Source: Eledone cirrhosa
Lineage: Eukaryota
DNA: 64,000 nt
Assembly (NCBI GenBank): GCA_964016885.1
Contig: OZ024741.1
Location: 393,514,001-393,578,000 of the forward strand
Reading direction: 5' to 3'
Shown here: in pieces, positions 1 to 12,357 of the stretch
Numbering within the stretch: position 1 is the stretch's first letter
How the letters are laid out: every line of letters starts with the position of its first letter
Program-made: the position numbers and the translations under genes
The notes under the pieces: model-generated
What the model saw: only the letters and a program-made list of their open reading frames with translations
What the model was told of the DNA's origin: nothing
The model's database searches: none

Positions 1-1127
1 CATGCATACACACAGTTACATGATTATTCTGAATTTTCTCTGCACACTGAGCACAGGGCTGTGTCCTCAATTTATGTGGAATTCACAAGATATTTTTTTA
101 TTATCTTCTCTTACTGATTTTGTCATGGAATAAGCTTTTCGGTATAACCACCTCGGCATAGGTGCAACTGCATATTATGCACAAACCTGCTACTGCTTTT
201 TATGGCGAAACTAGCTTCAAATCCCATTCCCGACTCACTGTGGAATATCAGCTGTTCAGCTACACTAAGCAACTCGCTGCTCCATAAACTTACACAGCCA
301 ACAGTATCGATTCAGCATGTTTCAGAGCATACTCCAGCAATCAAATTTTGCTACCCTTTGTGTTTTCAATCCGGGCAGAAAACTAATGTAGCGAAATCTT
401 GTCACAGGCTGACCACAAAATGACATTCAGCTGTCATTTCTATTTTTATCTGGCTTGACGTAAATTTGTTTTGATTGGCCGGTCAGCTTGAGGTGAAAGC
501 AAAATAAGATCTTATTTCCCTCAGTCAACTGGGAAACCTTGAAAAGTAAACATGTAGTCCATTGCTTCATACAGACCCTCTGGGTCACTCTTACACTCTC
601 TCTTACTCTCTCTCTCTCTCTTTCACTCACTAACTCTCTCAGTCTCTCTTAGACCAAGCCAGCGAAGTTCATAACATCAACAGAAGTTTGGTAAATACAT
701 TTTAATTATACCTTTGCAAACAAAAACGAATACACATCATCTGTGTTTATTTATTCTTCATGTATTGTCATATAATTCGGTGAAAGTTATATTCAATGAA
801 TCAGTAACATAGTGGCTTTGTGTTATTGTAGTTTATATATTTCATTTCCTACATGAAAGAAACCATCATATCATCATCATCATAATGAACACTCTTACTC
901 ACTTACTTGCACACATGCAATCTCTGGTCACACTGTATTAGGCACATCAAGCTTCTCTCACCTACACTCACACAACAGTGACCACACCACTCAGCAATCT
1001 ACAAGTGAGCACTCATGCAACAAATGAATCAACAACACAACCAACCATCCACACCAACATTCGACCCACTATAAGTGTATGTGCATATGTATGAATGTGT
1101 GCATATATATTCATTTATATACTCAAT

Positions 1128-1255
1128 GAAGGCACGTGGCTGAGTGGTAAGAGAATCTGATTAGCAATTGTGAGGTTGTGAGTTCAATTCCTGGACCGGG
1201 TGATGTACGATTTCCTTGAACAAGACACTTTATTTCACGTTGCTCCTTCTACCTG
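1128..1255 (+). mobile_element. tRNA-derived SINE with CORE-like domain (further copies ~8985-9050 and ~55085-55205, minus strand)
   Basis: A-box TGGCTGAGTGG and B-box GTTCAATTCC, followed by CTTGAACAAGACACTTTATTTCACGTTGCTC, which recurs elsewhere in the window. Confidence 0.75.
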
Positions 1256-1699
1256 GAGTTGTGACTGATAGAGAATATTAGCAATTGAAAAGACCAACGG
1301 AAACATTGTTTCCTCAGTTCAATTTGATGAAAGTTGATGCTCAATGAATGAGGAAGATATTATGCAATGTATGGTGTAGAGTATATTGTTATTTAAACTC
1401 AATAATTTTTCAAGACATGAATTTCACACCATTGTAATCGTCAGGCAAGCAATTTTTTAACAGTATTTCAAACTCGTTTCATATACATTCAAGTTGGTTA
1501 ATTATTACATGTGTGTAAATATTGTTTTCATTAACGAGATTTTAAATATTATTTTATTAAGATCGTGTTTTTATATTATAGCTATTGCTTTTTATTTCAC
1601 ATATTTATACATGTTGATTAGGACATGAGTATATATAAGTTTTGTTGTGTCTGGTCAGTGTGAGTTCTACTGAAATCATGTAATCCAATACAACTGGTT

Positions 1700-2300
1700 A
1701 GACAACCATGTCACTGGCAACTAAAATGGCACCTCCATCTGAATAAGGTTGTTAGATGATAAGTAAGACAAAAACAAGACCTGTTAACAGAATGGATGAA
1801 CCTAGCATAGGTCAAAAAGGTTCCAGTAATAGTGTGTAGAAAACATAAAAATACAGAAAAATGGGTGTATTCTAATTTAGGACTGATATGCATTTAATTT
1901 TCGTCAGAACATTTTTTAGGAGATGGAATGATATGGTTCTTCAGCTGTGGTAGAAGCAATCTATCTACATTATCCTACTGTCTTGTGGGTGGATCCAGGA
2001 AGACAAAGGCTAAGAGAGTATACTCCAAGCTGTGGTGGTTAGTTTTAAACTGGTTTCTAATAGCCTGGATCTCTAGCATTTGAGAGGATGTTCCTGTCCT
2101 CTTGGGTCACTCTTTTCACTGGATTTATCTTTTTCTCGGTGAAGATAATGCTGCTGAGAAACGTGCCCCCCCCCCCCCCCCCCCCCCGTGCTGATCATGG
2201 GTTCTTGATCTTAAGAATGTTATTAGTATGGTGGTTGGAGTATCACACATGCCTGCAATAATGAAATACTGTTATTGCTTTAGATTCCTCACTCATGAGG
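1700..2300 (-). mobile_element. highly decayed R4/Dong-like retroelement relic
   Basis: Minus-strand fragment LETSLKLTTTAW resembles LDIALKTATIG of the intact 20.4-23.2 kb ORF. Boundaries are approximate. Confidence 0.4.
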
Positions 2301-2791
2301 GCACAGAGTAAGTGTAGCATAGGTGTTAGAAGTTGTGTTTCTCCTGTTATCTATGCAGCTGCAACTTCTGTTGCTGCTCTTCATTAAGCAGTGTAGTCAT
2401 GAAAGATATATAACTGAAGGTGAAGATGGTCATCATATTAGATAGACAAATACATAAGATTTTCTTTTTTAGTAACTACAATATTAAATCCATACCATAG
2501 TTTCCTGCTGGATCTGGACAGATGTTAATCCAAATGAAAATTGACAATCCCTATTGGATACAAGGCACAGATAGAAAAAAAAACCCTTTTATTAGGGAAC
2601 AATTGTTTTTTAATTAAATTATTTACAAAATAAAGAGAACACACATATAATACATGAAAACATACATTCAAATACACATAAATAGATACATATAAATATG
2701 CATACTTTCACATACTCACACATACACAAATATACATAAATGCATATACAAGGATTATTTTAGGATAACACTTAATAATAAAACTTCTTAC

Positions 2792-2904
2792 ATAGGATCC
2801 TGGCTCAACAAGAGCTGTTTGGATAAACCAAGGGAGAGCAAGTCCCAAAAGAATATCAAACACATTGCTTCCAATAGAATTTGACACAGCCATATCACCC
2901 ATTC
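2792..2904 (-). CDS. SLC24: SLC24/NCKX alpha-2 repeat exon ([38 protein letters not shown])
   Basis: tttttgcag acceptor, gtaaga donor, 113 nt, phase 1->0. [15 protein letters not shown] contains the Asp diagnostic of K+-dependent exchangers. Confidence 0.96.
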
Positions 2905-3890
2905 CTGCAAAAATATAATATAAATTACTCATATAAATTATGATATTTATTTAATACTTATTTAATACTTATTTAACAACAGAGAAGCTGAACAAGTGAC
3001 TAATCATCTTATGAAAAAATAATCATTTTTTCTTTTATTTGTTTCAGTATTAGACTGCAACAATATTAGGGCAACACTTTGAAGAGATTTAGACAATCAT
3101 ATCAAACCTAAAACTATTTTTGTTTTTGAAATCTGGTACTTATTTTATTGATATCGTTTTGTTACTCTGCTAAGTTACAGGACATACACACACCATCAAT
3201 ATCATCATTGTTTAATGTCTATTTTTCCCTTCTAGCAAGAGCAGGACATGTCATCACAAACGGGTCAGTACTCAATTGGACCCTCTGACCTTTAGGTGGG
3301 TCATGGGCTTAACATACAATCTTGTGCTCTACTGTGTGCATTTTATCATGACACCAACACTAGAGGAGTTGTCATGTATTTGACATAGCTGAAGAATCTT
3401 CCCAACCCTTTGTTTGACAGGTTTCCTACTACTTGGTGTCCCTCCTATCTCTACCCACTTTACAGAGTGTACTGGGTGTGTGTGTGTATATATATATATT
3501 TAATACATTAACAGAGAAAGCCTTAAGCGATACTCCAACCAACTCCATCTCACTCAACAAACATTAGGATATACCTAAGTATTTTCCCAATTTAGTGTTT
3601 GGGGTGCTAACTAATCAGTATTTCGTGGATAGCTGGTTGTATTATTTTATATGAGACATAATTAAATAAATATCTCTTTCCTTCCAGACGATCATTTTGT
3701 TATAAGATTTCTACAATTTGGGATAAATAATGTCCAGGTTATGTAGAAACTTGTATATAATCCATAGTTTTATACACAAGCGAGCTCTTATAAACTCATC
3801 AGTGGATGCCCAAATAATATCGATATAAAAATTACATCGACATTAATAGATTAGTGATGGTCTCCTTCAGCGCTAAAATATATATATATA

Positions 3891-4518
3891 TAAATGTAAT
3901 CTGAGTTTTCGAATATTAATAATAATATTCGATTCATTTGCAATTATGCAAACAAGCTTCATTTTTAAAGCCATGTCAGTAGAATGAGCCCCTTATTCTT
4001 GCTCTTGTGTTGGCATGTAAACAGAACTGCAGACACTAATGTTTCTGGGTATTACCCTTCATCAGTACAGTTCACTGTTCACCTGCCAACTGTCAGAGAT
4101 AGTGAAAATGTATGCTATTTTCTAAAATATACAGTGACGGATCGGCCTGATTTGCATATTAGCAGACTGGCTGATCAGTCAGATCTGCATATTAGCAGAT
4201 CAATTGATCAGCCAGATTTGCATATCAGCAAACTGGCCAGTCTGTATACGAGCAATCAATGGCTGGCTTTGCCATATTCAAATAATAAAAACATTTTTTG
4301 CTCTACATGGCTGACAGCTCTGACAGTTGGCAGGTAAACAGTGAACTGTACTGTAATACCCAGAATCATTAGTGCCTGCAGTCCTGTTTACATGCCAACA
4401 CAAGTGCAAGAATGAGGGGCTCATTCTACTGACATGGCTTTAAAAGCGAGGCTTGTTTGCATAATTGCAAACAAATCGAATATTATTATTAATATTCAAA
4501 AAACTCAGATTACATTTA
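3891..4518. mobile_element. non-coding fold-back element: ~210-bp inverted arms, each with a hammerhead motif, around three 33-bp palindromic repeats
   Basis: Begins TAAATGTAATCTGAGTTTT and ends AAAACTCAGATTACATTTA, and the arms are reverse complements. Core units at 4140-4238. Further copies at 4673-4905, 31720-32128 and 62562-62962. Confidence 0.85.
4024..4073 (-). ncRNA. type I hammerhead ribozyme (canonical core)
   Basis: Minus strand reads GAACTGTA-CTGATGA-AGGGT AAT ACCC A-GAAAC ATTAGT GTC-TGCAGTTC. Stems I, II and III pair and the cleavage triplet is GUC. Confidence 0.85.
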
Positions 4519-4590
4519 CTGTACTCAGCCATGTAGAGCGAACATTTTTTAAAATTATATATATATATATGTTAGTTATATATATATATG

Positions 4591-4631
<41 letters not shown>

Positions 4632-4904
4632 ACTAACAGATAGTGTTATCGTTCTACATAGTTGAATACAAGAAATGTAAATCTGAGTTTTTTTAATATT
4701 AATAATAATATTCGATTTGTTTGCAATTATGCAAAAAGCATCTTCAGCCATGTGAGTAGAACAACCTCGTCATTCTTTCTCTTGTGTTGGCATATAAACA
4801 GATAAACAGAACTAATGTTTCTGGGTGATTACCCTTCATCAGTACCATATACTGTTTACCTCCCAACTCTCAAAGCTTGTGAAAATATATTATATTTTCT
4901 GGAA

Positions 4905-6445
4905 TATATATGTTCTTCCAGAACAACACTGGGCATACTATGAAATTATTTCGTCAGCCAGAGGAATTTCCTTTCTTGATATTCCCAGTGGCACAGGTAA
5001 AACATTTATAACAACATTGCTTCTCTCCAAGGTAAGGCAACAATAAAGAATTGCAGTTGCTGTAGCATCGTCTGGCATTGCTGCCACCCTTCTCCCAGGA
5101 GGATGAACAGCTCATTCTGCTTTTAATTTGGTCACAAAACCTGGTCAACATATGACAGTCCAATTTGTAACATAAGCAAAGGTTCAGTTCAGCAGAAGTG
5201 CTGCACCAATGCCACCTGATCATTTTGGATGAATGCACCATGTCACATAGAGGTGCAATGAAGCGCTTGATAGGACCTTACAGGACATAAGAGACAACAA
5301 TACATCTATGGGAGGAGTTACATTAGTTCTATCAGGAGACTTTAGACAGATATTACCAGTCATTCCGAGAGGAACAAGAGCTGATGAAATAAAGGCATGC
5401 ATCAAGTCTTCGCACCTATGGAATAAAGTACAGAATTTCTCCTAACATGCGAGCTTTATTACACAGGGACCAATGTACAGAACAGTTTTCAACCCAACTC
5501 CTTCAATTAGGAAATGGGGCAGTACCGATTGATGGGAGTGGTGATATCAATTTGGCTCATATTGCTATCATGGTGTATTCCCCAGCTGAATAGAAGAACA
5601 AGGTATTTTCAGACTTAAGTAATCATTATAATTCACATAAATGGTTGTGTGTAAGGGCAATTCTTGCTATGAAAAAATGAGACAGTAGCAAGAATTAACC
5701 ATGAGCTAATAAGTAAGATTGCCACAGTAATTAAGGAGTACAAATATTCAGTCTTTGATGAAAGTCAAGCTGTCCACTACCAAACAGAGTTCCTAAATTC
5801 TATTGAGCCACCTGGAACTCCTCCACATAAACTTTTCCTGAAGGTAGGAGTCCCAATAATGCTTCTAAACATTTTAGATCCTCTTAAATTATGCAATGGG
5901 ACAAGGTTGATTGTGAAGACATTATCACCTAATGTGATAGAAGCTGCCATCATCACTGGATGTGCCTCTGGGGAAGATATTTTCATTACAAGAATTTCAA
6001 TCAAACCAATGGACAATTCTCAGTGTGACTTTGCTTCACAATGTCTATCAATAAAGCTCAAGTTCAGATAATGAAATCTACTGGCTTGCATTTAAGTGAG
6101 TCTTGCTTTTCTCATAGTCACCTTTATGTTGGTTGCTCCAGGGTGGGTAGTTTACAAGATTTATTTGTCTATGCCCCAAACCATAAAACAAAGAATGTTG
6201 TTTATCCAGAAACTCTTATGTAATTTCCTTCAACATATGTGATAGAATTTATCTCCCCTCATAAAAGCGATAAATTTGTATTTTCATTTTTTTCTTATTT
6301 TTTTTTGTATTATGAATTCAGAATTGATTTCATCATGTACCTCAATTGAAGAATAAATGGAATTTAGAATATCAAACATGTTTTGCATTCTTCTAACATT
6401 TAATGAGCACTTTCATTCTCGGGCAACGCCAGGTGCCTCTGCTAC
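4905..6445 (+). mobile_element. Helitron 3' portion, decayed PIF1-family helicase
   Basis: GTGKT Walker A, ASSGIAATLL, GDFRQILPV, LCNGTRL, SINKAQ and LYVGCSRV fragments with stops and frameshifts. 3' end has a CGGGCAACGCCAGG hairpin-type motif then CTAC (normally CTAG) before TA. Confidence 0.9.
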
Positions 6446-7236
6446 TATATATATAAAGTACACAAAATGTAATCTATGGATGCACAGGAGATGAGGCCAG
6501 GGCCCATCTGATTAAGTACTGACTTGATCTATGATGACCCATCTAACCCTTGCTAGCAGGGAAAGCGGATATTAAATGATCATATATATATATATCATGA
6601 CAAAAAGCACCCAGCACACACTGTAAATGTGGTTGGCATTAGGAAGCACATCCAGTCACAGAAACCAAACCAGATAGGGTTCTGTTTGAGAAAGACACAG
6701 GCAAGACACGGTCACCTGACCTGATGTGTCTCAAACCCATGCTAGCATGGAAAACACACCTTAAAAGATGATGATGATGATATATATATATATATATATA
6801 CATAATATATATATATATATATATAGGAACCAAATAAATATATTTAAAAAAGAAAAAAGACTCCAGTTGCATTTTCGATTTCCTCTTTTTTCCTTATACC
6901 TTCATTCGTGTAGGACACCTTGGTTTTTTTTTCATTTTGTAAAAAAAACCTCACTTTCTAATATATATATATATATATTATGTATATACATATATATATA
7001 TATTATGTATATAGTAATAATAATAAATTTGAAGACTAATATATATATATATTATATGTGTATACATATATGTATTATATGTATATATATTTATATATAT
7101 ATAATATATATATATATGTTGACCCCGGCAGGATTTCAACTGAGAAACGTAAAGAGACGTAACTGAACAAATACCGCATGGAATTTCGTTTGATGAGTTA
7201 ATGAATTCTGCCAATCCACCGTCATAATAATAATAA

Positions 7237-7353
7237 TAATTGTTTCTACTTTTGGCACAAGGCCAGCAATTACTCAGCACATTACTGGTACTTTATTTTA
7301 TCGACCCCGTAAGGATGAAAGGCAAAGTTAACCTCGGCGTGATTTGAACTCAG
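7237..7353 (-). mobile_element. tRNA-derived SINE with Meta-like central domain. Other copies ~7370-7485(-), 14870-15030(+), 16285-16445(-), 16492-16672(+), 17690-17775(+), 29985-30165(-), 31941-32098(+), 47422-47610(-), 48880-48995(-)
   Basis: Recurring GAGTTCAAATCCCGCCGAGGTTAACTTTGCCTTTCATCCTTACGGGGTCGATAAAATAAAGTACCAG (B-box plus conserved domain). Confidence 0.85.
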
Positions 7354-7728
7354 AATAATAATAATGATTTCAATTTAGGTACAAAGCCAGTAACTTTTTA
7401 GTCGGGAGGGTGGGGGGAATCAATTAAATCGACTTCAGTACTTGACTGGTATTTTATTTTATCGACCCAGAAGGATGAAAGGCAAAATAATAACACAAAC
7501 AATAACAACAATAAAACAGATTTAGAGGGTGGGTATAATCTGCACACCCACCCAGAAATGTTTTGTTTCAGATAAAAAGATGCGACAATCTTTTCTTTCT
7601 TTCAAAATGAGATATTTACACAAGTTCAAAATTATAAAAATATTAGAAAATATCTCCATCTTGCTTGTGTAAGTGCTCATATGTGAATATGAATGTGTTA
7701 AAACAAAATCACACGCACATATACATTT

Positions 7729-7785
<57 letters not shown>

Positions 7786-7865
7786 TCATATGCATACATG
7801 TATTCATATACATAGATGTATTTATATACATTCATGTACTCATACACATGTACATATATTCACGA

Positions 7866-8383
7866 AACAAAGTATCATGAAAGTTGAAGCACCCCAAAGG
7901 TCAATTACAAAAAAGATAGTTGGCATGACAGGCCTTGACTATTGGGGTCGATTAGAAAAGCTCAAACTTTATTCTCTTCAACGTCGCTGTGAGCGCTACA
8001 TTATCTGTATGATGTGGAAAATATTCCATCAGCTTAGCCCAAATGATGTTGGCATCACCTTTAGTGTGCGCCCAAGGCTTGGGCCCCGGGCTATCCGCCC
8101 ATGACAAAAATCCCACTTGCATCACATAACAACAATACGGCACAATTATTTCACCTCAATTGGCCCTGCACTCTTTAACATTACACCAAAACACATCAAG
8201 TTCAAGAAGTCTTTGGATAAATTCCTTCAAGAAATCCCGGATAAACCTCCTACAACTTGATATGCTTGAGTGGGCCATGGTGCCCAAACACTGATTTGTA
8301 AGACTTCGCCAGGTGGTGCTATTAAGTTAGACATGGCCTGGGCCAATACTGGCCGAAACCTATCAAAGTTATCAAAGTTAAGT
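7866..8383 (+). mobile_element. CR1-group LINE, 3' end
   Basis: Y..RLEKLKLYSLQRRCERY and FKKSLDKFL motifs. Tail of tandem TATCAAAGT. Confidence 0.75.
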
Positions 8384-8424
8384 TATATATATATATATTA
8401 TATTATGAATATATATATATTATG

Positions 8425-8955
8425 TATCATCATCATCACCATTTTACGTCCGTTCTTCCACGCTAGCATGGGTTAGACGGTTTGTCCTGTTTTGGGCAGT
8501 AGCCGGTTGACTGACCATGCCTTGCTCATACGGGAACTGATTCTGGCTTGATTTCTACAGCTGGATGCCCTTCCTAACACCAACCTCATTTACAGTGAGT
8601 GCTGGGTGCTTTTTTTCCGTGGCGCCTCCACGTTCACTTTACAGTGTGGGCTGGGTGCTTTTTTGCCATGGCACCTCCACGACCACTTTGCAGTGGGAGG
8701 GTGTGGGGGCATATTGTCTATATGCTTCAGCTTGTACCCATGGGAGGTCGGGTACTCTGTATTACTGCGAGACGCCAGTGGTCATAATCATCATCATCAT
8801 CATTTTACGTTCGCTTTTCCCTGCTTGCAAGGGTGGGACTGGAACTGATTCTGGCTTGATTTCTACAGCTGGATGCCCTTCCTAACACCAACCTCATTTA
8901 CAGTGAGTGCTGGGTGCTTTTTTGCCGTGGCACCTCCACGACCACTTTGCAGTGG
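8425..8955 (-). mobile_element. RTE-type 3' UTR fragments with (GAT)n tail, partly duplicated. Similar pieces at 6595-6780, 9395-9730 and 15947-16272
   Basis: Reverse complement of the 61400-61740 RTE 3' UTR (TTTCTACAGCTGGATGCCCTTCCTAACACCAAC), beginning with (CAT)n. Confidence 0.8.
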
Positions 8956-9216
8956 AATGATAGGGACCCTAGTCCTTATCATCTCATTTCTACAGCTGAG
9001 TAAACTGGAGCAATGTGAAATAAAGTGTCTTGCTCAAGGACACAACGCATCAATATATATATACATAATGTATATATACAATATAGACCCATGCTAGCGT
9101 GGAAAATGGACGTTAAACGATGATGATGATGATAATGATGATATATATATATATGTATGTATATATTTATATATGTATATATACATATATATGTATATAT
9201 ATATATAGACATATAC

Positions 9217-9279
9217 ATGGGAGTGCGTGGCTCTGATGAACGCCAACCAGCATGAAACAGACTGTTAGCTACTCTCCAT
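9217..9279 (+). ncRNA. orphan type I hammerhead ribozyme inside a (TA)n tract
   Basis: GTGGCT-CTGATGA-ACGC CAACCA GCAT-GAAAC AGACT GTT-AGCTAC, with an outer GGAG/CTCC pairing. Confidence 0.75.
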
Positions 9280-9336
9280 TCTTTCGCTGAAAAGAAGTAA
9301 GTGATATATATATACATAATATATATATATATATAC

Positions 9337-9395
<59 letters not shown>

Positions 9396-10301
9396 TCATC
9401 ATCACATCATCATCATTTAACATCCATCTTCCATGCTAGCATGGGTTAGACAGTCTTGTGTCTCGCTTGCACGGAAGTGTCTCTGGCAGGTTTTTTAGAG
9501 CTGGATGCCCTTCCTAACACCAACTACATTTACAAGGTGGGCTGGGAGCCTTCTTACTGTGTCTCCTACATGACTACCTTACATTGTGGACTGTTGTGTC
9601 ATCGACACAGTGGACGGAACTGGAAAGGGAGGGTGGGGTAGGGTGTGGGCGTGGGGTATACATTGGGTTAAGTGGTGCCTACTGACTGTAGGTTTGTATA
9701 CAATGGCAGTCGGGTCTTCTGTACAACTGCATGGTGCCAAAGGTCTCGATCCAGTGTCATTATACATGTATATATATATAGTGTAATACAAAAAAGTTAG
9801 AAGAGATGCAAACAGTTAAGACAAGAAACAATAATTTGGCTAATATTACACCACATGAACATTGAAATGGGATAGCAGTACAGCACATAATATTTATGAT
9901 TTGATCTATTCTGTAGATATTAAATTGGTTCATATTTTTTGTATTTGAGTTGGCACTGAAAGTGCAGTCCTATCGTCAAGTACTTTCCAGATATTTTCAT
10001 TTTGTTTCTTTTTTGTTTTCGTCTTTTGTTTTGTATATTCAAGACTACATTATCCAATATGCCCAGCTTTTATGATTGTCGGATGGGATTTGATGGATAT
10101 TTTGCTGCTGTTTCTAGTAGGAAGACCAATTACATAGAGAATCTCTTGAGTTATTTCAAGTTGAGTCAAAAATATTTCTACTTTACTGATAAGGTTTCTC
10201 GTTAGCATTACCTATAGGAATTAAATAATTAAATATTTTAGTTCTTAATTACTGTTAGTCAATTTAAATATATGAAATTAACGTGTAGAGACATTTTTTA
10301 C

Positions 10302-10416
10302 CTTGTTTAACAACATAGACACTAGCCATAGCATCTGGGATACTTGTGCCTGCAGCCAAAAATGTGATACCCATAACACTGTCAGGAATTTTCAATGTGA
10401 ATCCAATCAAGGTAAC
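10302..10416 (-). CDS. SLC24: SLC24/NCKX alpha-2 repeat exon ([38 protein letters not shown])
   Basis: ttttcccag acceptor, gtaaaa donor, 115 nt, phase 0->1. Canonical [13 protein letters not shown]. Confidence 0.96.
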
Positions 10417-10548
10417 CTGGGAAAAAAAATCAGATATTTTGAAAACGTATAGAAAAGTATCTCCAAAGATATATATATACTGTACATATATATATATTGA
10501 AAGAGTGAAGAATAACATAGTCAACAGTACAAAAAAGGGTTTTATTTA

Positions 10549-10662
10549 CAGTATTAACAATTGTTTCACTGATTAAGTTGTCTAAAAATTGCTGAACACT
10601 TGAAGCTGTGCCATTCAATTTTAAATATGTTGTTAGCTTAACCAGATCATCAGAAGGGACTG
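10549..10662 (-). ncRNA. hammerhead ribozyme with extended stem II
   Basis: CTGATGA-T CTGGTTAAG..~55 nt..CTTAATCAG T-GAAAC AATT GTT-AATACTG. Stem I is imperfect. Confidence 0.65.
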
Positions 10663-12357
10663 TTAAAAATATGCTCAGCGTTTAAAACTGGATTACCTAT
10701 AACAATATTTTGTTATTCCTTGTATATATACTAGTCATAATAATAATACATTTGTTTAAGTTTATTATTATTATTATTATAAACTTTAGGAGGTTGGTTT
10801 ATACTATTCCTATATATGTAGTTAATTTTATTGTTGTATCCAGCTCTGTGTAGAGCGTCATTGTAATATTCTGCGTTGTTATCAAATATATTTTTATTAG
10901 CTGAGAGTCTAGATATTCTTTGCTGGACACTATTAACTATAGCTTTTTTAACATTTCTAGGGTGGTTTGAGTAGAAGCTGATGTAGTTTAGGTTTTCACT
11001 AATCTTATGGAACGAGTAATATAGGCCGGAGTTAAGGTTTAGTGTAACGTCTAAGAAATTAATAATTTTATTATCATTTTCTACACAGAGCTGGATACAA
11101 TAATACAATTAATTACATAGATAGTATAAGCAAACCTAAAGTTTATTATAATAATAATATATTTAAACAAATTAACCAAAATAATAAATCAAATAAAAAA
11201 GCCAGAACTAGAAATATAATTTGGTATTCACCTCTAATTTCCTTAGGAATTAAGATACCTTTAGCACACCAATTCTTTAAAGCTTTAGATAAATGTTTTC
11301 CTAAGTCCCATAAGTATCACTCCATTTTTAACAGACATACAGTCAAGCTCTCTTACTCTACTACTATGAATATTACTCTACTACTATGAATATAGCCCAA
11401 AATATTGCTAGAATTAATAATAGGAATTTAAAATTAAACCCAACTGAAGTAAACTCAAATAACAATATAATTAATAACATTACGTATAATAGTAATAGCG
11501 AATGCATAAATAATAATACGGTATCTTTAAATAACAATATAAGAAAATGTAATTGCAGAAATAACATCTTATGCCCTTTGCAGAATAATTGCCTTGATAG
11601 AAATTTAGTATACAAATACACCATAAAAACTAGGGATAGATTATATAACTATATAGGAGCAACTTCTTCAAAATTTAAGGAGCGTTGGTATAATCATAAA
11701 CATACTTTCAAATGACTGGATAAAAAATTCTCAACCTCACTATCACAATTAATTTGGTCTTTAAAAGACAATAACACTGACTATTCAATCTCTTGGAGAA
11801 AAATATCGAATGCGGCAGTTTACCAAAATATGGCTCTCTCAAGAATTTGTCATCCCTGTATTGAAGAAATATTTCATATAATTACCAATCCTGGTAATAT
11901 TATTAACAAAATAAGGAAATATTTAATTCTTGTTTGCATCGATTCTCAAGAACATTTCACAACATTTTCTTATATTTTAAAATATGGAGCAGCTCCATAT
12001 TGCATAGTCCGCAGTGGGACATTCCATTTCTGTAGGCCCTTGCACTCAATAACTTCGGCAATTCATGAACTCAATACACTATATTAGTACGCCGTCCACT
12101 CACCAACATTTTGCCTATCATATATCGTATTTCTTTTCATGTTATTGTTATCATTACTGTCATCACTATTTTACACATCCACTTACTAACCATTATAACT
12201 TCATCTACCACAACCCCTACTACTATTATCAATAACGTATTTTTTGTTCTGAAAATATTTTTTATCATTTCATTAGTTTTTATTATTGGTGTTATTGTTT
12301 CCATTTACTTGATTCTCCGATGTATCTATAAATACCAGTGCCCTGTGTTACATCCTT

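Noticed and set aside
1-720. Possible DNA-transposon relic or downstream NCKX exon
   Set aside because: No convincing motif, termini or matching spliced frame could be established by eye.
1128-1200. tRNA gene
   Set aside because: The A and B boxes continue into a repeated SINE body and there is no clean cloverleaf.
4905-6223. Host PIF1 helicase gene
   Set aside because: Intronless, with stops and frameshifts and a Helitron-type 3' end.
6639-7280. YIYI/CVCV-rich ORFs here and throughout the window
   Set aside because: Translations of (TA)n and (TG)n microsatellites.
11713-11715. In-frame TGA as selenocysteine (also ~57760 and upstream of the R4 ORF)
   Set aside because: The positions do not align with conserved Cys and are more simply CGA->TGA decay.
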